Of a stretch of 64,000 nucleotides of DNA, positions 1 through 9,056 are shown one piece after another (within the stretch, counting starts at the first letter, position 1; each line of letters starts with the position of its first letter). This DNA is from an uncultured Clostridia bacterium (lineage in GTDB: Bacteria; Bacillota; Clostridia; TANB77; CAG-508), in the NCBI GenBank assembly GCA_934122155.1, contig CAKOVX010000007.1, forward strand, positions 4,924-68,923. Reading direction: 5' to 3'. Both the position numbers and the translations under genes were made by a program. The notes under the pieces were generated by a model that ran no database searches, was not told the origin of the DNA, and saw nothing but the letters and a program-made list of their open reading frames with translations.

Positions 1-227
1 AAGAATATGCTAATAATTATTTAGAAAAATTACTTTTACATTATTTATATAAAACTTCAAAAGAATTGAAGTCTGATTGTAGTGGTTTTGGTAATTATGC
101 TTTAAAGAATTTTAAAACTATGCAAGAATTAGAGAATTATAACTGGTTACAACATTATCAAGATTCATTTTTCAAAGTTGAAACTGATGTTGTAGTTGAC
201 TCTGGATTTTTGTTAACAGGAATTTAA
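1..227 (+). CDS. 3' end of an unidentified CDS entering from upstream of the window (...VVVDSGFLLTGI*)
   Basis: The frame is open from the window edge (codon phase of nt 3) to TAA at 225-227. I recognise no motif. Confidence 0.35.
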   Translation, partial: EYANNYLEKLLLHYLYKTSKELKSDCSGFGNYALKNFKTMQELENYNWLQHYQDSFFKVETDVVVDSGFLLTGI

Positions 228-239
228 AAGGAGATTTTT

Positions 240-410
240 ATGGTTGTAAGTTTTTTAGTGGTTTTATTTGCATTACTTGCTTTGGTTGAAAGCGTTAGTT
301 ATGGGTTTTATGAGGTTGTAGTAAACAAAAATAAGCCCGGAGGCTTAATTTCAATCTTTCTTACTATTATAGGCTTTGCATTTGCTGTTACAATGTATTT
401 TATATACTAA
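240..410 (+). CDS. Small hydrophobic protein, 56 aa, with two predicted TM segments (MVVSFLVVLFALLALVES...)
   Basis: ATG at 240 lies 7 nt after AAAGGAGA. TAA is at 408-410 and a hairpin terminator follows immediately. It falls below the ORF-track size cut-off. Confidence 0.45.
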   Translation: MVVSFLVVLFALLALVESVSYGFYEVVVNKNKPGGLISIFLTIIGFAFAVTMYFIY

Positions 411-437
411 AACGTGCCATAATTTGGCACGTTTTTA
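411..437. terminator. Bidirectional intrinsic terminator shared by the small ORF (+) and rnr (-)
   Basis: The ACGTGCCA-taat-TGGCACGT stem is flanked by an A-run and a T-run. Confidence 0.6.
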
Positions 438-2240
438 TCCTGAAATTTTTTCAAAGTCTACTTTTCTTGTTAGTTTGTCTGCGAAGATTACACGCACTTT
501 TATGCTGTCTCCTATTTTATATATCTTCTTGCTTTTTTCTCCTTGAAGTGTTTTCTTTTCTTCGTCATATATAAAGTATTCGTTTCCTAAATCATCAAAA
601 CGTATTAATCCTTCTACTGTGTTTGGAAGTTCTACAAACATTCCAAATGATGTTATACTTGAAATAATTCCTTCGTATTCTTCGCCTATTTTGCTTTGCA
701 TATATTCAGCCTTTTTAATTGCGTCTGCATCTCGCTCTACTTTTTGTGCAATTTTTTCTCTTTCAGATGAACGTTCTGCATATTTTACAGCTTGACTACT
801 ATATTTTTCTATTTCATTTTCTTTTAGTTGATAGTTTTCTTCTAAGTATTTTGATATTATTCTGTGTATGAATAAGTCTGGGTATCTTCTTATTGGTGAT
901 GTAAAATGACAATAGTATTTACTTGCAATTCCAAAGTGTCCTTTGTTTTCTGCTTCATATCTTGCTACTTTTAGAGTTCTTAATATAAGGTTTGATACTA
1001 CTCTTTCTTCTGGTTTTCCTTTTACTTTTTCTAAAACTTCTGCAAATGCTTTTGGATGAATATTGGCTTTGTTTCCTTTTATTTTATATCCTAAATTCCA
1101 TAAGAATCTATTTAGTTCTGCTATTTTTTCTTCGTCTGGTACCTCATGCACACGATATATAAATGGAGCCTCTAACCAATAAAATTTTTCTGCTACTGTT
1201 TCATTTGCAGTTAGCATAAATTGCTCTATAATTTCATTTGCAAAATACATTTCATATTTGTCTACATTTATTGCTACTCCTTGTTCGTCTAATGTTATTT
1301 TGCTTTCTGGAATATCTAAATTTAAGCTTCCTGCTTTTGTTCTTCTTTGTTTTAATATATTAGCAAGTTCTTCCATTCTTTTAAAGTGTTCAAAGTATGG
1401 TTCACATTCTTTTAATAATTTTTGTTTTGCTTTTGGTTTGAATATGCCCTTGTCTTCTGCTCCTTCTATTTCGTCTAGTATAGTTTGTACCTCTTTGTAA
1501 CTCATTCTTCTAGTTACTTTTATTACACTTTTTTGTATGTCTGAAGATACTACTTCTCCTTTTTGGTTTATTTCCATTAAAACAGTTATTGCAAATCTAT
1601 CTTCTTTTTGATTTAAACTACATATTCCATTTGATAGCTCTTTTGGAAGCATTGGAATTACTCTATCTAACATATATATACTAGTACCTCTAATTATTGC
1701 TTCTTTATCAAGTTTAGATTTTTCTTGCACATAATAGCTAACATCTGCAATAGACACATTTAAAAGATAATTTCCATTTTTTAATTTTTCTACTGATACT
1801 GCATCATCTAAGTCTTTTGCATCTTCTCCATCAATAGTAAATATTATTTTATTTCTTAAATCCAATCTATTTGGAATGTCTTTTTTAGCTACTTCTTGTT
1901 TTATTGCTTTTGCTTCGTTTATAACTGCTTCTGGAAATTCATATGGCAAGTCATAGTCTTTTACTAATGAAAGCATGTCCACTCCTGCTTGATTTATATT
2001 GCCTAGTATTTCAATTATTTTGCCTTCTGCTTTTCTATTTTTTTCAGGTAATTTTAATATTTGCACTACTACCTTTTGATTATTTTTAGCCTTTTTGCTA
2101 TTCTTTTTAGATATGTATATATCTGCTTTTATTTTTCTATCATCAAGCACAACAAAACCGAAGTTTTTACTTTTTTGAAAAACTCCTACATACTTATCTT
2201 TTTCAAATTCTTGATTATCCTTCTTTAACTCTTCTTTCAT
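435..2240 (-). CDS. rnr: Ribonuclease R (RNase II/VacB-family 3'-5' exoribonuclease with C-terminal S1 domain)
   Basis: RNB-domain motifs are present (FTIDGEDAKDLDDAVS, HFGIASKYYCHFTSPIRRYPD), plus a C-terminal S1 fold (EEYEGIISSITSFGMFVEL). Confidence 0.9.
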   Translation of the reverse strand: MKEELKKDNQEFEKDKYVGVFQKSKNFGFVVLDDRKIKADIYISKKNSKKAKNNQKVVVQILKLPEKNRKAEGKIIEILGNINQAGVDMLSLVKDYDLPYEFPEAVINEAKAIKQEVAKKDIPNRLDLRNKIIFTIDGEDAKDLDDAVSVEKLKNGNYLLNVSIADVSYYVQEKSKLDKEAIIRGTSIYMLDRVIPMLPKELSNGICSLNQKEDRFAITVLMEINQKGEVVSSDIQKSVIKVTRRMSYKEVQTILDEIEGAEDKGIFKPKAKQKLLKECEPYFEHFKRMEELANILKQRRTKAGSLNLDIPESKITLDEQGVAINVDKYEMYFANEIIEQFMLTANETVAEKFYWLEAPFIYRVHEVPDEEKIAELNRFLWNLGYKIKGNKANIHPKAFAEVLEKVKGKPEERVVSNLILRTLKVARYEAENKGHFGIASKYYCHFTSPIRRYPDLFIHRIISKYLEENYQLKENEIEKYSSQAVKYAERSSEREKIAQKVERDADAIKKAEYMQSKIGEEYEGIISSITSFGMFVELPNTVEGLIRFDDLGNEYFIYDEEKKTLQGEKSKKIYKIGDSIKVRVIFADKLTRKVDFEKISG

Positions 2241-2318
2241 ACTTTTCCTTTACTTTTATTATGTCATAACTTTAATTAGTTATACTTATCAATAATAATT
2301 ACAGCTTTTCACCATCAT

Positions 2319-3314
2319 TTATTTGTCTACTTTGTTTTCTATAATTAATTTTACTTTTTCCTTATGTGCTTGTATTCTTGCACTTCCGCCTATTGGAAAT
2401 GTAATTGTCGGTGTTGTATGTCCAAAATCACATCCTCCAATAACTGGTATATTGTTTAATATATCTTTGTTTTTTATTATAGCTTTCCATAAATCTGAAT
2501 TCATATCGCAATCTTTTTCTGCTCTTCCTAAAACTATACCTTTAATTTTATTTGCATTTGGCAGTTGTAATAAACTTTCTAAATTTCTATCAAACTCATA
2601 TTGAAATTTATTACCTGCCATATCGTCATCTTCAATAAAAAGTATTTTATCTGCCAAATCTGGCATAAATTCTGTGCCTTGTAACAAATTTAATGTGCAT
2701 AAATTTCCGCCGATTATTGTTCCTTCTGCTTCACCTTCATTAATAACAAACATGCCTTCATTTTCTATAAATTCTCTTTCTTCTTGATTTTTCCACCACC
2801 TGTCATTACTCCATTTTTCTGAAGGCTTAACCTCAAATGCTTCATTGTTCAATAACATTTTGCAAAAATACTCATATGTATATTCAAAACCTTTTTCCAT
2901 TCCAAAATTAAAAAGATTCGGTCCATAATAGGTTATGAGTCCACTTTTTTTGTATATTGCATTTAATAATGCTGTGATGTCTGAGAAGCCACATATAATT
3001 TTTGGGTTTTCTTTTATTATGTTATAATCTATATATTTTAATAACTGATTCACATTATATCCACCAGTCGCTGTTATAATGGCTTTTACGTTTTTATCTA
3101 AGAAAGCAGTATGTATATCATCTACACGCTTTTGAATAGATGAACTCTTTGCAAAATCACTATCATTTGCATATTTCGAAACAGAAACCTTAAAACCATA
3201 TTCTTCTAATTTTTTTTGAGCATATTCATTTCTATTAAAATCTAAATTTACCAAACTCCTTGATGGTGCAATTATTCTTATTTCGTCTCCTAATTTTAAT
3301 TTTTGATACAGCAT
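2319..3314 (-). CDS. LD-carboxypeptidase (peptidase S66 family)
   Basis: The S66 nucleophile motif GFSDITALL and the C-terminal DFGHTTP histidine motif are both present. Confidence 0.8.
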   Translation of the reverse strand: MLYQKLKLGDEIRIIAPSRSLVNLDFNRNEYAQKKLEEYGFKVSVSKYANDSDFAKSSSIQKRVDDIHTAFLDKNVKAIITATGGYNVNQLLKYIDYNIIKENPKIICGFSDITALLNAIYKKSGLITYYGPNLFNFGMEKGFEYTYEYFCKMLLNNEAFEVKPSEKWSNDRWWKNQEEREFIENEGMFVINEGEAEGTIIGGNLCTLNLLQGTEFMPDLADKILFIEDDDMAGNKFQYEFDRNLESLLQLPNANKIKGIVLGRAEKDCDMNSDLWKAIIKNKDILNNIPVIGGCDFGHTTPTITFPIGGSARIQAHKEKVKLIIENKVDK

Positions 3315-3355
3315 CTTTTAATCTCCCCCAATTATTTTTTATTACAACACAAAGC

Positions 3356-3388
3356 AAAATGTGGCAGAACTTTATTCTGCCACATTTT
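3356..3388. terminator. Hairpin terminator downstream of secG
   Basis: Perfect stem AAAATGTGGCAGAA / TTCTGCCACATTTT. Confidence 0.6.
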
Positions 3389-3395
3389 ATAGTTT

Positions 3396-3644
3396 TTATA
3401 CTAGATATAGGATTCCTAAGACAATTGCTAATACAGCAAATGTAATTCCGAGAATTATTGTCCACTTCTTTAGCTTGCCTTCCTTTGTTCTTCCCTTATT
3501 TTGTTCATAAAAATTATTGGTAGAAGAACCTGTAATTGTTCCTGAAGCACCTTGCTTTTCACTATTTTGCACTGCTGCTAAAATAATTAAAGCAATACAA
3601 ACAATAACATAAATAACTAATATAATATATTTTAGTATTTCCAT
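3396..3644 (-). CDS. secG: Preprotein translocase subunit SecG
   Basis: 82 aa with two TM helices flanking a Gly/Ser/Thr-rich loop (GASGTITGSS). It sits upstream of rnr, as is usual in Firmicutes. Confidence 0.8.
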   Translation of the reverse strand: MEILKYIILVIYVIVCIALIILAAVQNSEKQGASGTITGSSTNNFYEQNKGRTKEGKLKKWTIILGITFAVLAIVLGILYLV

Positions 3645-3685
3645 ATTTCACACTCTCCTATATTTGCTTCTTTAAAACAATTATA

Positions 3686-4210
3686 TTAAACTAGTTTTAA
3701 AATAACCATTTCTGCATTATCACCTTTTCTTGGTCCTACTTTAAGTATACTTGTGTATCCACCAACTCTACCTTCATATTTAGGAGCAATCTCGTTAAAT
3801 AATTTTGCAGTTAAATCAATGTTATTTCCTTCACTATCTTTTACTTTATTAATATTTTTCATCATTTTTCTTCTAGCATTTAATCTTGATGGCATATCTT
3901 TTTGTCTTTTTTCTGTTGTTGTTTCTTTTACTACTCTTAGATATTCTTTACCATTTTTGCTTTTTACAAGTTCTGTTACTTTGTTTCCTTTGCTATCTAA
4001 TTTTGCTTTAGAAACTTTAACATCTACCATTTCAAAATTATCTTTTTCTTTTACTGCTAATGAAACTAGACTATCTGCAATTGCTTTTACTTCTTTTGCT
4101 CTAGCTTCAGTAGTTTCTATTTGTCCATGTAGAATTAAGTCTGTTGTTAATGTTTTTAGCATTGCTAATCTAACATCTGTTGTTTTACCTAATTTTCTAT
4201 TTGTAGCCAA
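3686..4210 (-). CDS. rplQ: 50S ribosomal protein L17 (bL17) carrying a ~55-aa internal insertion
   Basis: The termini match bL17 ([30 protein letters not shown] ... [25 protein letters not shown]). It is the last gene of the alpha operon. Confidence 0.95.
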   Translation of the reverse strand: MATNRKLGKTTDVRLAMLKTLTTDLILHGQIETTEARAKEVKAIADSLVSLAVKEKDNFEMVDVKVSKAKLDSKGNKVTELVKSKNGKEYLRVVKETTTEKRQKDMPSRLNARRKMMKNINKVKDSEGNNIDLTAKLFNEIAPKYEGRVGGYTSILKVGPRKGDNAEMVILKLV

Positions 4211-4231
4211 TTTTTTTCCCTCCTTCTGCTC

Positions 4232-5179
4232 TTATTCTTCTTCCTTGGCAAAATTCAAATCTAATGCATGTAATTTATTAGTTACTTCATCTAATGATTT
4301 TTTACCAAGATTTCTTACTTTCATCATTTCAGCTTCTGACTTATTTGTTAAGTCTTCTACCGTAGAAATTCCTGCTCTTTTTAAGCAATTAAATGATCTA
4401 ACTGATAGTTCTAGATCTTCAATTGACATTTCAAGAACTTTTTCTTTTTTAGACTCTTCTTTTTCTACCATTACTTGAGTATTTTTAGTAGTTTCAGATA
4501 AGTCAATGAATAATTCTAAGTGTCCTGTCATAACCTTTGCAGCTAAGCTTAATGCTTCATCTGGAGTTAAACCTCCATTTGTCCAAACTTCGATTGTTAA
4601 TTTGTCATAATCTATCATCTGTCCAACTCTAGTATTTTCTACTGCATAATTTACTTTTTTAACAGGTGTATATATAGAATCAATTGGAAGTACTCCTAAT
4701 GCTTGGTCAGGTTTTTTATTCTTTTCAGCATTATTATAACCTCTTCCCATATTTGCAGTCATTTCCATTATTAAATGTCCACCTTCTGCAACTGTTGCTA
4801 TATGTAAATCTGGATTTAATATTTCTACTGTTCCATCTGTTATGATATCTCCAGCTTTAACTTCTCCTGGTCCTTTAAAGTCTATTCTTAATGTTTTTTC
4901 TTCATTTTTGTCTTGCTTTAAACAAACTGTTTTTAAATTAATTATAAGCTCAGGAACATCTTCTACAACATTTGGAATTGTAGAAAATTCATGTAATACC
5001 CCTTCAATTTTTACACTTGTAATTGCACTACCTGGAAGAGATGATAGTAAAATTCTTCTTAAAGAATTACCAATTGTAATTCCATATCCTCTTTCTAATG
5101 GTTCACATACAAATTTTGCATAGTGGTTCCCTTCGTCTACTTCTAAGCATTTAATATTTGGCTTTTCAAATTCTATCAT
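4232..5179 (-). CDS. rpoA: DNA-directed RNA polymerase alpha subunit
   Basis: Motifs [20 protein letters not shown] and, in the C-terminal domain, [16 protein letters not shown]. Confidence 0.97.
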   Translation of the reverse strand: MIEFEKPNIKCLEVDEGNHYAKFVCEPLERGYGITIGNSLRRILLSSLPGSAITSVKIEGVLHEFSTIPNVVEDVPELIINLKTVCLKQDKNEEKTLRIDFKGPGEVKAGDIITDGTVEILNPDLHIATVAEGGHLIMEMTANMGRGYNNAEKNKKPDQALGVLPIDSIYTPVKKVNYAVENTRVGQMIDYDKLTIEVWTNGGLTPDEALSLAAKVMTGHLELFIDLSETTKNTQVMVEKEESKKEKVLEMSIEDLELSVRSFNCLKRAGISTVEDLTNKSEAEMMKVRNLGKKSLDEVTNKLHALDLNFAKEEE

Positions 5180-5235
5180 TTTTACCTCCTAATAGATAAC
5201 AAAAAAACATTTTTATTTTCATAATTATTAAATTA

Positions 5236-5862
5236 TTATTTAGAGTAAAGCTCTACTATTAAATGTTCTTCAACTGGAAGATCTACATCTTCTCTAGATG
5301 GTAGTCTTACAACTTTACCACTCAAATTTTTCTCATCTTTTTGTAGCCATTCTGGTACTGGTCTTGCTGCATTAGCTTCTACATTTGCTTTAATAAAGCC
5401 ATTGTCTTTTCTTATTTCTCTTACAGAAATAACGTCTCCTGCTTTTACTAAGTAAGATGGAATATCAACTTTTTGTCCATTTACTTCAAATGCTCCGTGT
5501 GTTACTAACATTCTAGATTGTGCTCTTGAACTACCATATCCTAAACGATATACTATGTTGTCTAATCTTGTTTCTAAAATTTGTAGTAAAACTTCACCAG
5601 TGATTCCTTTTGTAGCTGCTGCCATATCAAAATATTTTCTAAATTGTTTTTCACTTACACCATAGAATGATTTTGTTTTTTGTTTTTCTCTTAATTGAGT
5701 ACCATATTCAGATAATTTTTTCTTCTTTTGGCCGTTTTGACCTGGCGCATAATTTCTTCTAGAAATACTGCATTTATCTGAATAACATCTTGCTCCTTTT
5801 AAGAACAATTTTTGTCCTTCTCTACGACAAATACGACATTGTTCATCTTTATATCTTGCCAT
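5236..5862 (-). CDS. rpsD: 30S ribosomal protein S4
   Basis: [16 protein letters not shown] with a zinc-knuckle N-terminus. I chose the ATG at 5862 (AAGGAAGGTG RBS) over the upstream GTG at 5874. Confidence 0.95.
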   Translation of the reverse strand: MARYKDEQCRICRREGQKLFLKGARCYSDKCSISRRNYAPGQNGQKKKKLSEYGTQLREKQKTKSFYGVSEKQFRKYFDMAAATKGITGEVLLQILETRLDNIVYRLGYGSSRAQSRMLVTHGAFEVNGQKVDIPSYLVKAGDVISVREIRKDNGFIKANVEANAARPVPEWLQKDEKNLSGKVVRLPSREDVDLPVEEHLIVELYSK

Positions 5863-5879
5863 TTTATTTTTCACCTTCC

Positions 5880-6281
5880 TTATACTCTACGTCTTTTTGG
5901 TGGTCTACAACCATTGTGAGGAATTGGAGTAACATCTTTAATTGAGCTAATCTCTAATCCTGCTGATTGTAATGACCTAATTGCTGCTTCACGACCAGAA
6001 CCTGGTCCTTTTACAAATACTTCTACTGATTTTAATCCATGTTCCATTGCTGCTTTAGCTGCTGTTTCAGCTGCTTCTCCTGCTGCAAATGGTGTGCTTT
6101 TTCTTGAACCTTTAAAACCTAGTTCACCAGCACTTGCCCAAGAAATTGCATTTCCTTGAACATCTGTAATTGTAACAATTGTATTGTTAAAACTAGAATG
6201 AATATGAGCCATACCTTTTTCAATATTTTTTCTGTCTCTTCTTCTAGTTACTGTTTTTTTAGTTACATTTTTTGTTGCCAT
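5880..6281 (-). CDS. rpsK: 30S ribosomal protein S11
   Basis: Motifs [18 protein letters not shown] and [13 protein letters not shown]. Confidence 0.97.
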   Translation of the reverse strand: MATKNVTKKTVTRRRDRKNIEKGMAHIHSSFNNTIVTITDVQGNAISWASAGELGFKGSRKSTPFAAGEAAETAAKAAMEHGLKSVEVFVKGPGSGREAAIRSLQSAGLEISSIKDVTPIPHNGCRPPKRRRV

Positions 6282-6325
6282 TTTTAATTATTCCCTCCTT
6301 ATTTAGGCTTTGTTACTTTTGCTAA

Positions 6326-6691
6326 TTATTTTTTGCTTTTGCTAACTAATTTTCTAGGGCCTTTTCTTGTACGGGCATTAGTTTTTGTTCTTTGTCCTCT
6401 AACTGGAAGACCTCTTCTATGTCTTAAACCTCTATAACATCCAATTTCAGTTAGTCTTTTAATATTTAATGCAACTTCTCTACGTAAGTCACCTTCAACT
6501 TTATAACCATCCATAGCTTTTCTAATTGCTTGTACTTGGTCATCTGTTAAATCTTTTACTCTAATATCTGGATTAACTTTTGCTTCTGCTAGAATTTTTT
6601 GAGCACTTGCTAGTCCAATACCATAAATATATGTTAGACCAATTTCTACTCTTTTTTCTCTAGGTAAATCAACTCCTGCTATACGAGCCAT
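6326..6691 (-). CDS. rpsM: 30S ribosomal protein S13
   Basis: Motifs [26 protein letters not shown] and [24 protein letters not shown]. Confidence 0.97.
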   Translation of the reverse strand: MARIAGVDLPREKRVEIGLTYIYGIGLASAQKILAEAKVNPDIRVKDLTDDQVQAIRKAMDGYKVEGDLRREVALNIKRLTEIGCYRGLRHRRGLPVRGQRTKTNARTRKGPRKLVSKSKK

Positions 6692-6837
6692 TTTTTTGCA
6701 CCTCCATAGTTTTTTATTTTGCTATTCTTAAATTTTGTTTTTTGGTTTGTCTTAAGTTATTATTGGTGAAATGCATTAGTATTTTTATACTAATCAATAA
6801 TACTTTCAGACATATATATAAACACAAATCAGAATTA

Positions 6838-6859
6838 AAAGGAAAATAAATTTTCCTTT
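6838..6859 (-). terminator. Terminator-like hairpin between rpmJ and rpsM
   Basis: 9-bp stem AAAGGAAAA/TTTTCCTTT. On the mRNA strand it is followed by the U-rich run UUAAUUCUGAUUU. Confidence 0.4.
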
Positions 6860-6904
6860 CAGCCGCTATCTAAAATTTGTGTTATATTCAATAATTATAA
6901 TAAA

Positions 6905-7018
6905 TTAACCTTGTCTTTGTTTGTGTTTTGGGTTTTCACAGATTACTCTGATAACGCCTTTTCTTTTAATAACTTTGCATTTTTCACACATAGGTTTTAC
7001 TGATGGTCTTACTTTCAT
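6905..7018 (-). CDS. rpmJ: 50S ribosomal protein L36 (zinc-binding form)
   Basis: My own translation gives [37 protein letters not shown], with an AAAGGAA RBS. It is too short to appear in the ORF track. Confidence 0.95.
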   Translation of the reverse strand: MKVRPSVKPMCEKCKVIKRKGVIRVICENPKHKQRQG

Positions 7019-7065
7019 TTTAGTTCATTCCTTTCTTAGATTAGTTTTATATTGAATTTTAAAAA

Positions 7066-7218
7066 GAATTAGTATATTGCTATGCTGAGACTGTTAAGGC
7101 TTTGCCTGTTACAGTGTCAGTATGCCTTTGGCTGGAAGAATTTATTTGAAAGGCAATGGCGCATACGTTTGTATGTAACCGCGTTTCAAATGAATTCTGA
7201 CAACGCAAGATGCTGATT
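7066..7218 (-). repeat. Copy D of the conserved intergenic element (infA|rpmJ spacer)
   Basis: It shares two exact 14-nt blocks with the rpsN|rpsH spacer: AATTAGTATATTGC (7066-7079) and GCAAGATGCTGATT (7205-7218). The GC-richer core is self-complementary. Confidence 0.6.
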
Positions 7219-7229
7219 ATTTTTAAAAT

Positions 7230-7448
7230 TTACTTAGCACGCCATGTAATACGACCCTTACTAAGATCATAAGGCGATAATTCAACTTTTACTTTATCTC
7301 CTGGAAGAATTTTGATATAATTCATTCTTAATTTTCCAGAAATATGAGCTAAGATTTGATGTCCATTTTCTAATTCAACTTTAAAATTAGTATTTGGTAA
7401 TGCTTCTACAACAGTACCTTCAACTTCTATAACATCCTCTTTTGACAT
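7230..7448 (-). CDS. infA: Translation initiation factor IF-1
   Basis: [30 protein letters not shown]. The ATG at 7448 follows GGAGG by 5 nt, so the 10 upstream codons in the ORF track are probably not translated. Confidence 0.95.
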   Translation of the reverse strand: MSKEDVIEVEGTVVEALPNTNFKVELENGHQILAHISGKLRMNYIKILPGDKVKVELSPYDLSKGRITWRAK

Positions 7449-7539
7449 ATTTTCCTCCATTATTTTCTTTAAAAACACATTTAATATATTTAGATAATTT
7501 TTCCAATATATATAAGTGCGCTATCTTATATAGTATACT

Positions 7540-8316
7540 TTATTTTCTCAATAATGTCAATATTTCTGGCTCTTTTTCTGTAATTAAAATTGTATTTTCA
7601 TAATGTGCTGCTAAAGATCCATCTTCAGTAACAATAGTCCATCCATCATCTAATACACATATATTAGGTTTTCCTATCATTACCATTGGTTCTATTGCTA
7701 GAGTCATGCCAGGTTCAAGTCTTATTCCTCTTCCAGCTTTTCCGTAGTTTGGTATTCCTGGTTCCTCATGCATTTCTTCTCCTATTCCATGTCCTTGAAA
7801 TTCTCTTACAACATTGTAACCATTTTTTTCCACAAATTCTCCTATTGCATGAGAAATGTCTCCAACTCTATTGCCTTTTACAGCATATTTAATTCCTTCA
7901 AAAAATGCTTGTTTTGTAATGTCTACTAATTTTTGTTTTTCTGGTGAAGATTTTCCAACAATAAATGTTCTTGCTGCATCACCATTAAAGCCATTCTTAT
8001 ATACCACTAGATCTATACTTACAACATCTCCATCTTTAATTACTGTTTTCTTTGATGGTATTCCATGTATTATCTCATCATTTATTGAGATACATAGAGT
8101 TCCTGGAAATGGTGGCACTCCCTTTTCACCACTAGGGTAGCCTTTTTGAGCCGGAATCCCCCCATGTTCTCTAATAATTTTATCTGCAAAATTATCTAAG
8201 TCCATTGTTGTTATTCCTGGCTTTATGTATTTTTCTATTTCTTCATATACTAAAGCGGTAAGTTTACATGCTTCTCGCATTTTTTCAATTTCTTTTTTTG
8301 ATTTTATTGTTACCAA
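7540..8316 (-). CDS. map: Type I methionine aminopeptidase
   Basis: Metal-ligand context is present (DVVSIDLVVYKNGFNGDAARTF, GHGIGEEMHEEP, LAIEPM). The start codon is TTG. Confidence 0.93.
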   Translation of the reverse strand: MVTIKSKKEIEKMREACKLTALVYEEIEKYIKPGITTMDLDNFADKIIREHGGIPAQKGYPSGEKGVPPFPGTLCISINDEIIHGIPSKKTVIKDGDVVSIDLVVYKNGFNGDAARTFIVGKSSPEKQKLVDITKQAFFEGIKYAVKGNRVGDISHAIGEFVEKNGYNVVREFQGHGIGEEMHEEPGIPNYGKAGRGIRLEPGMTLAIEPMVMIGKPNICVLDDGWTIVTEDGSLAAHYENTILITEKEPEILTLLRK

Positions 8317-8329
8317 TTTTTTTGCCTTT

Positions 8330-8992
8330 CTATTTAATTTTTTCAGCTATAATGTCAATTACTTTTTCTGATGAATTTGCAGCATTAGGTTCTTCTGGGC
8401 TAATAGTAAGTAGAACTCCTTGTTCTTTATAATATTCTACTAATCCTTTTGAATTTTCTCTATAAACCTCTAGTCTAGTTTTTATTGCTTCTTCTGTATC
8501 ATCATTTCTTGTAACAAGCTCCGAACCACAAATGTCACATATTCCTGGTACCTTTGATGGTTTGAATTTTGTATTATATATTGCTCCACACTCTTTATTT
8601 GAGCACGTTGCTCTATTCAAAATTCTCTCTACTATAATTTGGTCAGGTATTACTAATTCTGGCACTACATCTACCTTTTTTCCTTTTTCTTTTAAAATTT
8701 CGTCTAATGCTTTTGCTTGCTCAACTGTTCTTGGAAATCCGTCTAATATAACGCCTTCTTTAGTGTCATCCCAATTTAGTCTGTCTCTTACAATATCAAT
8801 TGTAACCTCATCTGGAACCAATTTTCCTTGTGAAATATAACTACTAGCTAACTTACCAAGTTCAGTTTCTTTTTTTATTTGTTCTCTGAACATATCTCCT
8901 GTTGAAATATGAGGTAAGTTTGTTTTTTTAGCTAAAATTTTAGCAGTTGTTCCTTTTCCACTTCCTGGAGCTCCTAACATAATAATGTACAT
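8330..8992 (-). CDS. adk: Adenylate kinase with a Cys4 zinc lid
   Basis: P-loop GAPGSGKGT. The lid sequence is CSNKECGAIYN...CDICGSELVTRNDD. Confidence 0.95.
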   Translation of the reverse strand: MYIIMLGAPGSGKGTTAKILAKKTNLPHISTGDMFREQIKKETELGKLASSYISQGKLVPDEVTIDIVRDRLNWDDTKEGVILDGFPRTVEQAKALDEILKEKGKKVDVVPELVIPDQIIVERILNRATCSNKECGAIYNTKFKPSKVPGICDICGSELVTRNDDTEEAIKTRLEVYRENSKGLVEYYKEQGVLLTISPEEPNAANSSEKVIDIIAEKIK

Positions 8993-9056
8993 ATTTTAGT
9001 TCTCCTTTCACGCATTACGGACGGAACCAGTTTTTACGCCTGTCCGTCCCTTCTGC

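Noticed and set aside
3753-4478. A 241-aa plus-strand ORF, together with the many 60-165-aa ORFs in the track that lie antisense to well-identified genes. Examples are 1258-1500, 4842-5123, 7856-8140, 10153-10440, 15702-15983, 17811-18155, 24478-24960, 38047-38430, 40916-41413, 45748-46128 and 54931-55305.
   Set aside because: They lie entirely opposite strongly conserved genes and have Leu/Phe/Ser/Ile-rich low-complexity translations typical of the antisense strand of AT-rich coding DNA. They also lack ribosome-binding sites.
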